Source: Octopus sinensis (taxonomy: Eukaryota). From it: DNA of 64,000 bases. Both the position numbers and the translations under genes were made by a program. Shown one piece after another: positions 1 through 13,259 of this stretch. Under the pieces are notes generated by a model. That model worked only from the letters and a program-made list of their open reading frames with translations, did not search any database and was not told where the DNA came from. The first letter of the stretch is position 1. Every line of letters starts with the position of its first letter. Location of the stretch: assembly GCF_006345805.1 (NCBI RefSeq), contig NW_021832248.1, positions 1-64,000 on the forward strand, written 5' to 3'.

Positions 1-425
1 CGCTACAACACACTCACACGAACACATACATAAACACACATACATTCACACACTTAAACTCTCACACACATTCATACATTCACACAGAAATACACACACA
101 CTCACACACAAACAAACATTCACACACACTCACACATACACACATACGCTCACACACACATATACAAGCACACAAACAAACACCACACATACTTACACAC
201 ACATATACCCACATACATACACATTGACACACACATACACACACACTCATCACGAACACATACATAAACACACGTATACACACACTCACATATTCACACA
301 CATACACGGGCATATAAACACGCACGCATACACACAGACACACACAGTATACATGGATGTGAATGTGTGTGTCAGTGCATGACTATATTTGTATGTATGT
401 ATGTATGTATGTATGTATGTATGTA
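1..425. repeat. Degenerate (CA)n and (TATG)n microsatellite
   Basis: Direct reading of CA-rich and TATG repeats. Confidence 0.9.
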
Positions 426-429
426 CGTA

Positions 430-833
430 TTACTCTTTTACTTGTTTCAGTCATTTGACTGCGGCCATGCTGGAGCACCGCCTTTAGTCGAGCAAATCGA
501 CCCCGGGACTTATTCTTTGTAAGCCCAGTACTTATTCTATCGGTCTCTTTTGCCGAACTGCTAAGTGACGGGGACGTAAACACACCAGCATCGGTTGTCA
601 AGCAATGCTAGGGGGACAAACATAGACACACAAACATATACGCACACACTTATATATATATACATATATACGACAGGCTTCTTTCAGTTTCCGTCTACCA
701 AATCCACCACAAGGCATTGGTCGGCCCTGGGCTATAGCAGAAGACACTTGCCCAAGATGCCACGCAGTGGGACTGAACCCGGAACCACGTGGTTGGTTAG
801 CAAGCTACTTACCACACAGCCACTCCTGCGCCT
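430..833 (-). mobile_element. tRNA-derived SINE family A (Octopus-type), full length
   Basis: Minus strand starts AGGCGCAGGAGTGGCTGTGTGG (A box)...GGTTCAGTCCC (B box); internal CA/TA tract; several similar copies in window. Confidence 0.85.
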
Positions 834-840
834 ATGTATA

Positions 841-1057
841 CGAGGGTTTGTTTAAAAGTTCCTGCCTTTAACGTTATTGCGAAAGGCCTGCTTGGAGACA
901 CAACCTTCCGAGTTCTTTTAGAGGGCTTACAAAAACTAAAGGACGGCTGCAATAAGTGTGAGTGTCTGAGAGGGGAATATGTTGAATACAATTATTATTA
1001 AGGAATCCTCCTGTATTTTCTTTTACACATATCCAGGAAATTTTCAGCATCCCCTCG
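841..1057 (+). mobile_element. mariner-derived MITE
   Basis: TA|CGAGGG...CCCTCG|TA termini; interior translates LEGLQKLKDGCNKCECLRGEYVE, like the mariner transposase C-terminus. Confidence 0.75.
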
Positions 1058-1319
1058 TATAATCATACATACATACATGCATATATATACCACATATAGG
1101 GGTCCCTAACTGAAAATTGTGTCTTAAATAACAAACACGAGGAAGGTACAAAATATGTGCAACAAATACATAAACACACCCATATAAACAGAATTTAGTC
1201 AAAATTAAAACTTCCTACGTACAAGCATTAGCACTTGCAAACACATACCTGCGTACTTTCACACCTACGTACATACACACACACATATATTATATAAATG
1301 TATTATATATATATATATA

Positions 1320-1832
1320 CTAGCAGTATCGCCCGGCGTTGCCCGGGTTTGTAAGGGAAATAACTATATAAGCATTTTTAGAGAGTTACTTCCCTTACAG
1401 ATGCCAATTCGGGCTTTCTTAGCCATTTCTGTTTTGGTGCCTTCAAGCCATGAAGTCGTTGTTCTAAAAGAACTCTGGTCTCCTTGACAACGCTTTACGA
1501 CGTTGATTTCCTTACACTCCCTTCCCCACAGCTTCACGAGGGAGGGAAGAAGGGGGAGAAGCAAACAGGTGCAGGTGTGACCATGGATGCCAACTCCGCC
1601 GCCATCGACACACGAAAAATTATGCATTAAAATGGAATAAAAAATTATGTTAAATTATTTTTAAAATCGTAGACTCATCGTAGACGCGCGCTAATACTCA
1701 GACGGGCTCGATATGAATCACGACTATAAGATACCCGAATTTGGTTAAACTGCACCGCAAAATGTGGGAGTAGTTAGGAATCTAAATCGAAGGGGACAGA
1801 CACTCACACAACTACAGTTTTATATATATAGA
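1320..1832 (-). mobile_element. Non-autonomous Helitron
   Basis: Minus strand A|TCTATATATATAAAA ... subterminal hairpin CCCGGGCAACGCCGGG ... CTAG|T; no TSD. Confidence 0.8.
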
Positions 1833-2068
1833 TATATATATACTTTTTCATCTTTCGCTTAGCGATGAAAATAACCTAGTGTTAGAACTCAGTATACATA
1901 TGCTTAAGAAAGAAACGTTAATTAGGTTCAGAATGTAATAAAAAAAAAAGATTTAATAAAAGACAGGGGAACAAGAAATAACGTAACGAACTACTTCAAC
2001 AACAAACAGCTGTTTCTGCAGTAAGATGCAATGCACTGAAATTTGAATAAAAGAGGTTGCAGATATAC

Positions 2069-2121
2069 ACATATCACGTGATTTAGAACTCTGAGATATT
2101 TCTCTTAGTCCTCATCAGTGG
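2069..2121 (-). ncRNA. Minimal type I hammerhead motif (GAAA mutated to UAAA)
   Basis: CCA-CUGAUGA-GGAC..GUUC-UAAA-UCACGUGA-UA-UGU. Confidence 0.55.
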
Positions 2122-2234
2122 GTCTTACTGCGCCTACGGGTAAAACTGGTTCCTCACCTCGTCAATTTGTTAAAACTGTTGAAGGCGAGCATCATATTTA
2201 AACGGTAGGAGTGTATAATTATCAATAATAAGAT

Positions 2235-2287
2235 CCAGTGATGAGGACAAAGAGAAATATCTCAGATTTCGAAATCACGTGATATGG
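2235..2287 (+). ncRNA. Minimal type I hammerhead motif (C3 mutated to G)
   Basis: CCA-GUGAUGA-GGAC..UUUC-GAAA-UCACGUGA-UA-UGG. Confidence 0.55.
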
Positions 2288-2473
2288 GTATATCTGCAAC
2301 CTCTTTTACGAGTGTCTGTCGCTACTGTATGTTGGATATAATTTCTAGCTACCAACTTTCGTCAACTTGTTAAATTTCAATGCTTTTTGTGGCTAATCGA
2401 GTCACTTTTGACTCCTGTTTCTCGGAATGCTGCTACAATTTTGTACCCTTGTTTTTACACACACACACACACA

Positions 2474-2524
<51 letters not shown>

Positions 2525-3427
2525 GTGTATTTGTGTGTGTCTGTATACATATGTTTATACATATCTGTATGTGTGCGCTTGTATGCATATATGTATAAAT
2601 GCATGATTCAAGATATATAGATGATCTTATTGATTGACTAATAAAATATTTTTTAGAGCTTTTGATTTCAAAGATTTTAGTTTTAATATTTATTAAAGAT
2701 AAAATTCATGTTTAATTTAATTGTAACACCATTCATATTATTAGTCAATGAGAAGATGATAATGATATATTGACCCTAGAATTACTATGATGATAAATGT
2801 AAATTTGGCCGGGAAATATTTATTATTCATAAAGAGTAGTACATTTCTGAAGCAATGTTTATAATTTTCCATAAATGCATATATAAAGATACAGGCACGC
2901 TTTTGTGTTTGTCTATATGTGCCGGTGCCCATAGGAAAAATAGAACTCTAATTATGGAGACAATTATCATATCACAATACAATGCTAAAATTAACACGTC
3001 AACACATCAAAATATTATCATATTCCTAGCTTACACGAAGACAATAAATAAATAAAGATAAAAAAAACTTAATGGTCAACATGTGGCCACAGCAAAAAAA
3101 TCAGCATCTAACTTTTGATGCATGATGTTAATAGTCAAAGAAACCTTTGGCAGCAAATTCTACACGAATTCAATCAGTATGTAACAAATGCAAATAAATC
3201 GATAAACATATTCAATCTAATTCTTCGAAATGAGACTGTGAAGTACTAGAAACGTTTCATGTGTATCTTGGAACTCCATTAATCGAAACAGAAAATATGA
3301 AAAATAAAGCATAAAAAGACAAATGTATTTCATCTTTCTCTCTCTCACACACACACACATACACACACACACTCGCGCACACTCATAAACACATATACAT
3401 ACATACATGCACATACACACACGCACG

Positions 3428-4216
3428 TATAGGATGGGGTACTGAAAAAAACATGGTTTAAGGGTGTCGCGAAAGGTTTGGTTGAAGGCCCAAAATTCTC
3501 AGTTCTTTTACAGGGCTTTAAAAACTGAGAGGGCACTGCCATAACTGTATAATTGATAGGGAATTATATTGAATAAAATGATAATAAACTGATCGATCTT
3601 CCTGCAGGATGGGGTACAGAAAACACATGGCTTAAGTGTGTCACGAAAGGCTTGGTTGAAGGCCCAAAATTCTCAGTTCTTTTATAGGGCTTGAAAAACT
3701 AAGGGGTCGCTGCTATAACTGTGTAAATCTGAGAGGAAACTATGTTGAGTAAAATCATAATTAAATGATGGAGGCGCAATGGCCCAGTGGTTAGGGCAGC
3801 GGACTCGCGGTCATAGGATCGCGGTTTCGATTCCCAGACCGGGCGTTGTGAGTGTTTATTGGGCGAAAACACCTAAAGCTCCACGAGGTTCCGGCAGGGG
3901 ATGGTGGTGATCCCTGCTGTACTCTTTCACCACAACTTTCTCTCACTCTTACTTCCTGTTTCTGTTGTACCTGTATTTCAAAGGGCCGGCCTTGTCACAC
4001 TCTGTGTCACGCTGAATATCCCCGAGAACTACGTTAAGGGTACACGTGTCTGTGGAGTGCTCAGCCACTTACACGTTAATTTCACGAGCAGGCTGTTCCG
4101 TTGATGGGATCAACCGGAACCCTCGTCGTCGTAACCGACGGAGTGCTTCCACAATTAACTGATCGATCCCCTTCTATTTTCATTTTACCCAAAGCCAGGA
4201 ACTTTTTAGCACCCTA
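3428..4216 (+). mobile_element. Tandem pair of mariner-derived MITE fragments, second interrupted by a SINE
   Basis: Two ~176-bp copies related to 841-1057 (NCVNLRGNYVE*); 3' end resumes after 4153. Confidence 0.65.
3770..4152 (+). mobile_element. tRNA-derived SINE family B, full length
   Basis: GGAGGCGCAATGGCCCAGTGG A box, GGTTTCGATTCC B box; TSD AATTAA(A/C)TGAT at 3759-3769 and 4153-4163; near-identical to 41415-41800. Confidence 0.88.
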
Positions 4217-4648
4217 TATATGAATTCAGGTTAGTATAAATACGTTTGTTACATATTTCAACTGCTGAAGACATATACGGTGCAGTTACTTGGAAAAAAA
4301 ATCTCGTTCAGTTTCGCCATCTCTCGGGACTCTCAGACAACGATGTTTCGAGTTTTGACTTTTGTCAATGAGATGTACATAAGTGTGGCAACTCCAAACG
4401 CACTTAATACAGCTATAGATTTATATATATAACACAGTCAACACTTTTATTGATTTGCGCTAGTAGATCGCATAGGCGCAAAGTAGTGTTTAGGTATGAG
4501 CAGAATTTAGGTTAGGTGAAATAAGTTTATCACATATTTCAACTGCTTAAGGCAAATACACTACAGTCACCGTGGTAAAAATGCGTAAAAAACGCAGTAC
4601 GTTCAATGTCGCCATCTCTTTGGAATCTCAAACTATATACATACGCAC

Positions 4649-4725
<77 letters not shown>

Positions 4726-4821
4726 TATATATATATATTGTATACTATATATATTAAGAATTTTTTGCGTAATAAGATAAAAAAGACCATAGCTGTATAG
4801 ATATTACAGCATTTATAGAAA

Positions 4822-4875
4822 CGTCTTACAGTTGTTTCTAGGATATTAATTAATAATAACCCTTCATCGGAGACG
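4822..4875 (-). ncRNA. Minimal type I hammerhead motif (U4C), same family as 20985-21032
   Basis: CGUCU-CCGAUGA-AGGGUUAUU..AAUAUCCU-A-GAAA-CAACUG-UA-AGACG. Confidence 0.55.
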
Positions 4876-6007
4876 GTGTTAGAGGAAAAATTAAGTCATA
4901 TTTAGTTTCGATGTCATACAAATAGAACCAACGTTGAACCCTTTAGTCTCAATATTACTTAACCATCTGGAACTTAACCATGGTCTGTCTACAGCACTTA
5001 TTCAGGATTACCTGACATCTTTGGATCTCAATAACACCATTATCTCTTCCCTTTTTTCCCCTTTATTCTTCTTTTTTTCATTTCTTTTTCCTTTTGTTCC
5101 TTTTCCTTTTCTTCTTTTTTTCTTTTTTTTATTTTTTGTTCTTTTTTTCCCCTTTTACGATCCCTTTTGATCGAAAACCTACGCCACTTTTTTTGTTCCT
5201 TTTGTTTTTTTTTTTTTTGTTTTTTTCATCCCCCAAAAAAAAGTTCTACCTTGTAACTTGTCCCATCTGTGTGCAGCCCTGTGTGGCCAATAAAGAAACT
5301 TATATACATATATATATGTGTGTGTGTGTGTGTGTATGAGCATAGGTCTGTTTCGAGTATATATATATGTATATATGCGCTTAGGTCTATTTTTTTAAAT
5401 ATGCATCTATGTATTTTGGAAGCCTGTGAAACAATAAGCGTTGTTCCCAACGAGGAAAAGAAGTAAATACAGAAATGTATGAGATGATAGAAGAGTAGGA
5501 GACTCATGATAAGAGGGGATTGCCAAATAAAATCCAGCAAAATGGTGTTATTGAAGACTTATTTGGGCATAGCTTTTGGGTCAAGCTGTTTGTGTTCACT
5601 TAACCGTGACACCAGCTATTCTCTTGACAACTTTCCGCGAGTTTTGTTAAAGACGTGATAGGAAAAGACGGGCTTTTCTACGGCCCAGCCAGGCGTGCAA
5701 CATTAAATGATGTTGATATTTATTAAAGCAGCGAAGATTTTGAATGCTGCCTATTTTACCTACACAAATGCCTTGACGCGATTGCGATAGGCATAGAAAT
5801 TCTGACGTTCATATTTATTTATTCATGTAAGTGTGTGTGTGAGAGAGAGAGAGAGAGAGGAGAGTGTGTGTGAGTGTGTGAGAGTGTGTGTAAGTATGTA
5901 TGTGTGTGTAAGTATATAAAGATATGCATACACGCTTATATTTGCATGAATATTCGATAAATATACATACATGCATATATATATATAAATGTATATATAT
6001 TTACATT

Positions 6008-6348
6008 CTTTTTTTTTTACTTGTTTCAGTCATTTTGACTGCGGCCATGCTGGAGCACCGCCTTTAATCGAGCAACTCGACCCCGTGACTTATTCTTTGT
6101 TAGAAACAGTACTTATTCTATCGGTCTCTTTTTGCCGAACCGCTAAGTGACGGGGACAAACATACATATATATACATATATATACGACGGGCTTCTTTCA
6201 GTTTCCGTCTACCAAATCCACTCACAAGGCTTTGGTCGGCCCGAGGCTATAGTAGAAGACACTTGCCCAAGATGTCACGCAGTGGGACTGAACCCGGAAC
6301 CATGTGGTTGGTAAACAAGCTACTTACCACACAGCCACTCCTGCGCCT
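6008..6348 (-). mobile_element. SINE family A with internal deletion
   Basis: Matches 430-833. Confidence 0.85.
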
Positions 6349-6368
6349 ACACATGCTACATATCCATA

Positions 6369-6409
<41 letters not shown>

Positions 6410-6427
6410 TATATATATATATATATA

Positions 6428-6468
<41 letters not shown>

Positions 6469-6896
6469 TTGATATGGTGATGCAAAATGTAAAAATAGAA
6501 CTCAAAATATGAGTATATGTATATTTCTATTTATTATTTAGCGGAAGCAACTGAATGACATCATGATCCAGGAGTTTCGTGAGTTGATGAGTGCCAACGC
6601 ACGAAACACTCGGATCTGGAGTCACTCTGTTGTTTCTCATATATATGTGTGTTGTGTGTGTGCGTTTGTGTGTGTGTGTGTGCGTGTATGTTTGTGTGTG
6701 TATGTGTGTGTGTTTATTTCTTTAGTCGACCAAATGGACCCCAGGATTAATCTTTGTAAGCCTAGTACTGATCCTATCGTGTTCAGTTTTGCCGAACCGC
6801 TAGGTTACGGAAGGTAAACACACCGAGATCGGTTGTTAAACGATGGTGTGGTTGGGAGAAACGCAGACACAAATAACAAATACATACATACATATG

Positions 6897-6956
<60 letters not shown>

Positions 6957-6983
6957 GTGTAATATATCTATATATCATATATT

Positions 6984-7029
<46 letters not shown>

Positions 7030-7222
7030 ATATATATATATATATATATATAATAAATCAACTAATAGGGTGAGAAAGCTGGATACTAATTAATAGTACA
7101 TCCATTTAACACCAAGTGGCTTAGTGCATAAAACCTGGATTACGATAAATTTTATACATAAATATAAGAGAGTTACCACTATTTTTAGTGCTAGAGTCGA
7201 CCACATAGTGGTTACACTCTTA

Positions 7223-7260
<38 letters not shown>

Positions 7261-7261
<1 letters not shown>

Positions 7262-7423
7262 GACGGGCTTCTTACAGTTTCCATCTATCAAATCCACTTA
7301 CTAGGCTTTGGCCGACCTGAGGCTATAGTAGAAGACACTTGCCTAAGGTGCCATAGAGTGGGACCAAACCCGGAACCATGTGGTTGGGAAACAAGCTTCT
7401 TACCACACAGCCACTCCTGCGCC
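7261..7423 (-). mobile_element. SINE family A head half
   Basis: Matches 670-833. Confidence 0.75.
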
Positions 7424-7735
7424 CCCATCTCTCTCTCTCTCTCTCTCTCTTTTATATATATATATATACACACACACACATAGACACATGTATATATATA
7501 TATATATAAATATACTCTTACTCTTTACTCTATTACTTGTTTCAATCATTTGACTGCGGCCATGCTGGAGCACCGCCTTTAATCGAGCAACTCGACCCCG
7601 GGGCTTATTCTTTGGTAAGCCCAGTACTTATTCTATCGGTCTCTTTTCCGACCGCTAAGTACGGGGACATAAATACCCAGCATCGGTGTCAAACAATGCT
7701 AGGGGACAAACACAGACACACAAACACACGCATAA

Positions 7736-8346
<611 letters not shown>

Positions 8347-8556
8347 ATTATACATAATATATATATATATACATATATATATAACATATAACATATATCG
8401 CACGGGCTTCTTTCAGTTTCCGTCTACCAATCCACTCACAAGGCTTCGGTCGGCCCGAGGCTATAGTAGAAGACACTTGCCCAAGGTGGCACGCAGTGGA
8501 CTGAACCCGGAACCATGCGTTGGTAGACAAGCTACTTACACACAGCCACTTCTGCG

Positions 8557-8614
<58 letters not shown>

Positions 8615-8764
8615 ATATATATTATATATATATATATAATATATATATGGTTGTATGAGTTTGTCATGTGTATACGTTTTGTTTTGTTTAGGTGTTTGTG
8701 CTACCGCTAGCACTGTTATGTGTGTATACAATAGGTATATATATATATATATATATTATAGAAA

Positions 8765-10170
8765 CCCAGCAGTGGATAAGAGTGATGACATACTCTGGGA
8801 AAGAGTCGATGAAGATGAATCGGTCTATTCTGGAGGATATTCGGGCCCGGAACTAACATGGATAAATTCCAGAAATGCTTGGACTGGCAATACTACAAAA
8901 GAGGACTACCGGTTCTTGTTAAATTCCACAGAGTTGGAAGCATCACCAGGTGGGACAACCTGGGATTCGCGTAGATCAAAGAAAGCATACTGCACGGACT
9001 CATGTCGTGTCAGAACGTTACTGACTTTTGGATTTATATAAAATTGTTTTTGTTGCATGTTAAACGAATCTATTTCCCAAATCTACTGTGATGATTGCCC
9101 CATTGCCCACCTTTGACAAGGCAGAATAAGCAGCGTTCCTCTATTTAGTAGCTATGGCAAAAGAGATTGTGATGGATGAGGAAAGATTGAGGGAAGATAC
9201 CGTCTCCTTCAGTCAAGCCTGCATCGATTTTTTAAATTTCTACTTGGAAAAGAAAGTGAGGCTGGAGAGGGATCTGCTGCCTCCCAATGAAATAAGATGG
9301 GTGACTGTGGCATGGCAAGAATGGTTAGGGTGAATGAACCTAATTAAAACTTGCGCCTGTTGGTTGGAGAACAACAATTGGGTGAGGACTCGTGTGTCTT
9401 TTGTGGTTAGGTTAATCTTGGATCTGTGAGGTATTTTTTTGGCGCTAGTTCTACCTATAACCTTAGGAAAAAACAGTGGGCCTGCGGCTCGGCATCTGGA
9501 GAAGCAAGTCCATACCATCCAACTGCGTCGTTGGGCGTTGGACCGACGGACCTGTTAAACTGCTCGAGGTCTGATTCGGTCCGGACCTCTAGATGGACAA
9601 AAATTGGGGCGTGGCAATGAGCAGGGTGACTACTCTCACGCAGAAATGGGCCGAGAGAAAGCTATCCTTAAATGGTTGAGTAGAGGTGGCTAGCGCCTAT
9701 ATTGCATCCGTCATCTACTATCGCTTGAACATTGTGCCTTGTTCTGGCCACCGTGTGATTAAACTGGAGCATCTATTTTCCGCTTTTTGTAGAAGGAATG
9801 CGTCCCAATCGTCAGGCGGTCTGTCTGCTGTCAGCACCTGCTGCGTAGTGGCTTGGACATGCCTGGTTGATGATGCGTAGACATGCGCTGAGGTTATGAC
9901 ATCTCCAGTGCTTCTTTGCCGGTGAACAAGTGTGGTTGCCGCTCGCCAGACCACGTATTTCCGCTGCTAGTTTCTTTAATAAAGCTGCAGTCCTGAGTAA
10001 AACTGAGACCAGGGGGGTGGGGGGCGTTTGGAAAGAGGAATGCACACGGTCCTCAGCCAATCGGACGGTGCGATAAGTTAACATCAACTTTAATTTTTTA
10101 TAGAGGATTAGTGGAGGAAAAGTGCGACGACGTTCTTGGGGAGACGTTGGGCGTTGAAGATCAGCTAGCA
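8765..10170 (+). pseudogene. Two decayed Tx1/L1-clade LINE ORF2 fragments (post-RT and C-terminal regions)
   Basis: Hand translation across frameshifts and stops: KWAERKLSLNG*VEVASAYIASVIYYRLNIVPC..., MRRHALRL, GLPVLVKF..ESILHGL. Confidence 0.55.
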
Positions 10171-10634
10171 GAACCACCTATATCCTTTTTTTCCTTTCTA
10201 GTCAGCACCGTGCTTTCTTTACTATTGCCCTCTCTACTGGCAGAAGCAATTTCTCCATCTAGGTTTATGTTTATCTCTTTTTGTCATTGGGCATTGAGAT
10301 GGTTGTGAGGTGTGCTAAAAATAACAGATGTTTTAAAAAATATATCTTTTAAATTAAAGTTTATTTGCCAACAACTAACTCAGAGATTTAAAACTAACTG
10401 GTTTTCTCTTTTAAATTAACATAAAAACATTTATTTACATGAAAGAAAATTACGGGAGAAATTTCAACTAAATCTTTGTTAAAAATTGTAATGTTTTATG
10501 ACATGTAACGTGTTGTGTATCGCATTTGCATTAAACACTGGTGGTTATAAAGTGTGCTAAAACTTACAGCTAAATAAGATTTATTGACATGAAATAAAAT
10601 TACCGGAAACATAACACGTTGTTTACAAAAAAAT

Positions 10635-10765
10635 TTTTCTACTCAGCGCACAAGGCCCGAGACTTTTGGGGAAGGGACCAGTCGATTAGATCGACCCCAG
10701 TACGCAACTGGTACTTAAATTTATCGACCCCGAAAGGATGAAAGGCAAAGTCGATCTCGACGGAG
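10635..10765 (-). mobile_element. Nin/Deu-domain SINE (family C) fragment, old-type tail
   Basis: ATCGACCCCGAAAGGATGAAAGGCAAAGTCG core. Confidence 0.65.
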
Positions 10766-11366
10766 TGCTATTTTCAAAATATTGACCACAGTGTATTTAT
10801 GAAACCTTCAAGCAGCTTCCGTACTTTCATATGCGTCCGAAACATTATCGTTGCAATAGTAATTCAGATCTCCGGCTAACAAGCGTATGTGTCCAGTATC
10901 GATGATATTGGCATCTGAATGAGAGCACAATACAAGATTCGTATAGTAATCGGAGGTCGCCATTTTGAATGCCAACCTTTATTAACTTGACAAGGTGAAA
11001 GTGAGCTCTGATTGGCTGTATGGAAATGAATACTTTACTGGGGTCCGGAATTCTTGTGGGCAAAAAACATTTCGCGAACGGGTCTGCTTTGAGCGTGCAC
11101 CTGCAGTTGGAAAAAAGGAAAGGAAAAAGGCATCTGTCCCAAAATTCAGGGTACCCATGGATTTTTGGGTTTTTTTCCATGAGTAGCCCTCGAACGTCTC
11201 CTCTTTATTGAGGAGTACACATCGTTGATTTCTTTCTTTTCTTTTTTTTTATTTGTCTCGTTCACAAGCAAAACTCTCACAACAGCACACACACTCACAA
11301 AGCTACATACACATTTTTTTTTGTTTTGTCCTGTACAGGCCATAATGATTTTCTTAATATTAACCC

Positions 11367-11581
11367 TTACTCTTTTACTTGTTTCAGTCATGTATGTGAC
11401 TGTGGCCATGCCGGAGCACCACCTTTAGTCGAGCAAATCGACCCCAGGACTTATTCTATCGGCGTATTTTGCCAAACCGCTAAGTTACGGGGACGTAAAC
11501 AAACCAGAATCGGTTGTCAAGCGATGTTGGGGTGACAAACACAGACACACAAATACAAATACACACATACACACACACACT

Positions 11582-11635
<54 letters not shown>

Positions 11636-11807
11636 CATATATACGACGGGCTTCTTTAAGTTTCCGTCTACCACATCCACTCACAAGGCTTTGGTTAGCC
11701 CGAGGCTATAGTAGAAGATACTTGCCCAAGATGCCACGCAGTGGGACTGAACCCGGAACCATGTGGTTCGTAAGCAAGCTACTTACCACACAGCCACTCC
11801 TACGCCT
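11367..11807 (-). mobile_element. SINE family A
   Basis: Matches 430-833. Confidence 0.85.
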
Positions 11808-12644
11808 TATGTTTTTAAAAAAAATCATTATCATTATCATGTTATTATTACTATTATTATTATTCAGTGAATTAAATAGTTTATCGAACTCCGTGAGAGA
11901 AAGCACCGATGCTACCTACCGCACCAGCTTCAAAGTCTATCATTGTGCAAGAAATTTAACTCCATGTGCTGAAGGCTTTAATAGTTATTTAAGTGTAACG
12001 TTACAAGATTCTTTGACTGGGTCATGCTGACAGCAGCTACGATAATAATATGAACCCAGTATGTTGTTGGATACGAGACGTATCAAGTAACGTTTGTTGA
12101 ACTGACCGAACAAAAAAACCTTGTAGACGTAATGTTTAAGAGACATGCAGACACACATACATACAAACACTAAAATACGAGAAAACAGGATACCATGTGA
12201 GTGCTAAGTTAGGGCTAGGAGAACAACGTGATTATGTTACTGAATAAATAATACTGCCATATATGTGAACAGAAGAGAAAACTAATATATATATATGCAT
12301 AGGCACACGTAATCACGCACGCACACCCACACATACACATACATAGATACATACATTCATACACAAATACACGCACTCAAACACTCACACATACATACAT
12401 ATATATGCCCCCTTATTCTAATTTAACTAACTTAATAAACTTCATCATTTTTGGTTGATGGTAATTAAAAACCTGTCAGACTGCTCAAGCTGCGTTCTGG
12501 CCTAAAACTCGCAGTAAAAGTCCATTGTCATTGAGATTAAATCCAAGCTGGTAAAGCATTTCCCTGGTACTATTTCAAGATTGAAATAAAGCTACAGACA
12601 TTTTGTTCCACGCAAAGTATCAACTACATTTTACTATTATATAT

Positions 12645-12734
<90 letters not shown>

Positions 12735-12750
12735 TATATGTATATATATA

Positions 12751-13230
12751 TGTAAATATAATATGTGACAATTATTCGGTAGCCATGATAAACTCCGTGT
12801 TTCTGATGTCGGGGCGGAAACCCACGCCGCTATACTCTTCAGTAATTCGGCCATCGAAAAAATGCTATGAAAATGACCGTTAAACAACGGGGAATTATTG
12901 TGTGATTGATCGTTATTAAGAAAAAAGAGCTATTAGAATGACCGCTAAGTGAGGGGAGAGAGTAAAGGTAAGGGAGTAAAAATGTTCATAGTAATCGCGT
13001 AAGCGCGCATGTCCAAACCTACACATGCGCACCCGCACACCCACGTACATGTGCCTATAAGAATATTCTCATCCACCCTCACGGGCGGCGTGGGTTTCCG
13101 CCCCGACATCGGAATCTCGGAGTTGTATCATGGCTACCGAAGATTGTCACATATTATATTTACAGATAAATTCCTCTATTTACATAATATCTAGGTCTCT
13201 TTCATTCTTTTGTTTTCTTACCATTTCTAA
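12751..13230. mobile_element. Foldback element in (TA)n with ~80-bp inverted arms
   Basis: 12751-12830 is the reverse complement of 13085-13163. Confidence 0.6.
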
Positions 13231-13259
13231 GATATCTATATATATAGATAAGAAAGTTT

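Larger units (their letters stand above)
2048..2308. mobile_element. Foldback PLE-like fragment with ~75-bp inverted arms, each carrying an HHR motif
   Basis: 2048-2121 is the reverse complement of 2235-2308. Confidence 0.7.

Noticed and set aside
2000-2040. GAAACAGCTGT on the minus strand as another HHR
   Set aside because: No CUGANGA core or stem I upstream
3770-3845. tRNA gene-like sequence (also heads at ~760-833, ~41730-41800, ~52715-52788)
   Set aside because: A/B boxes continue into SINE bodies, with TSDs where checked; no complete cloverleaf seen
4249-4632. Diverged ~90-bp direct repeat about 282 bp apart
   Set aside because: Too degenerate to classify; no termini or ribozyme motif
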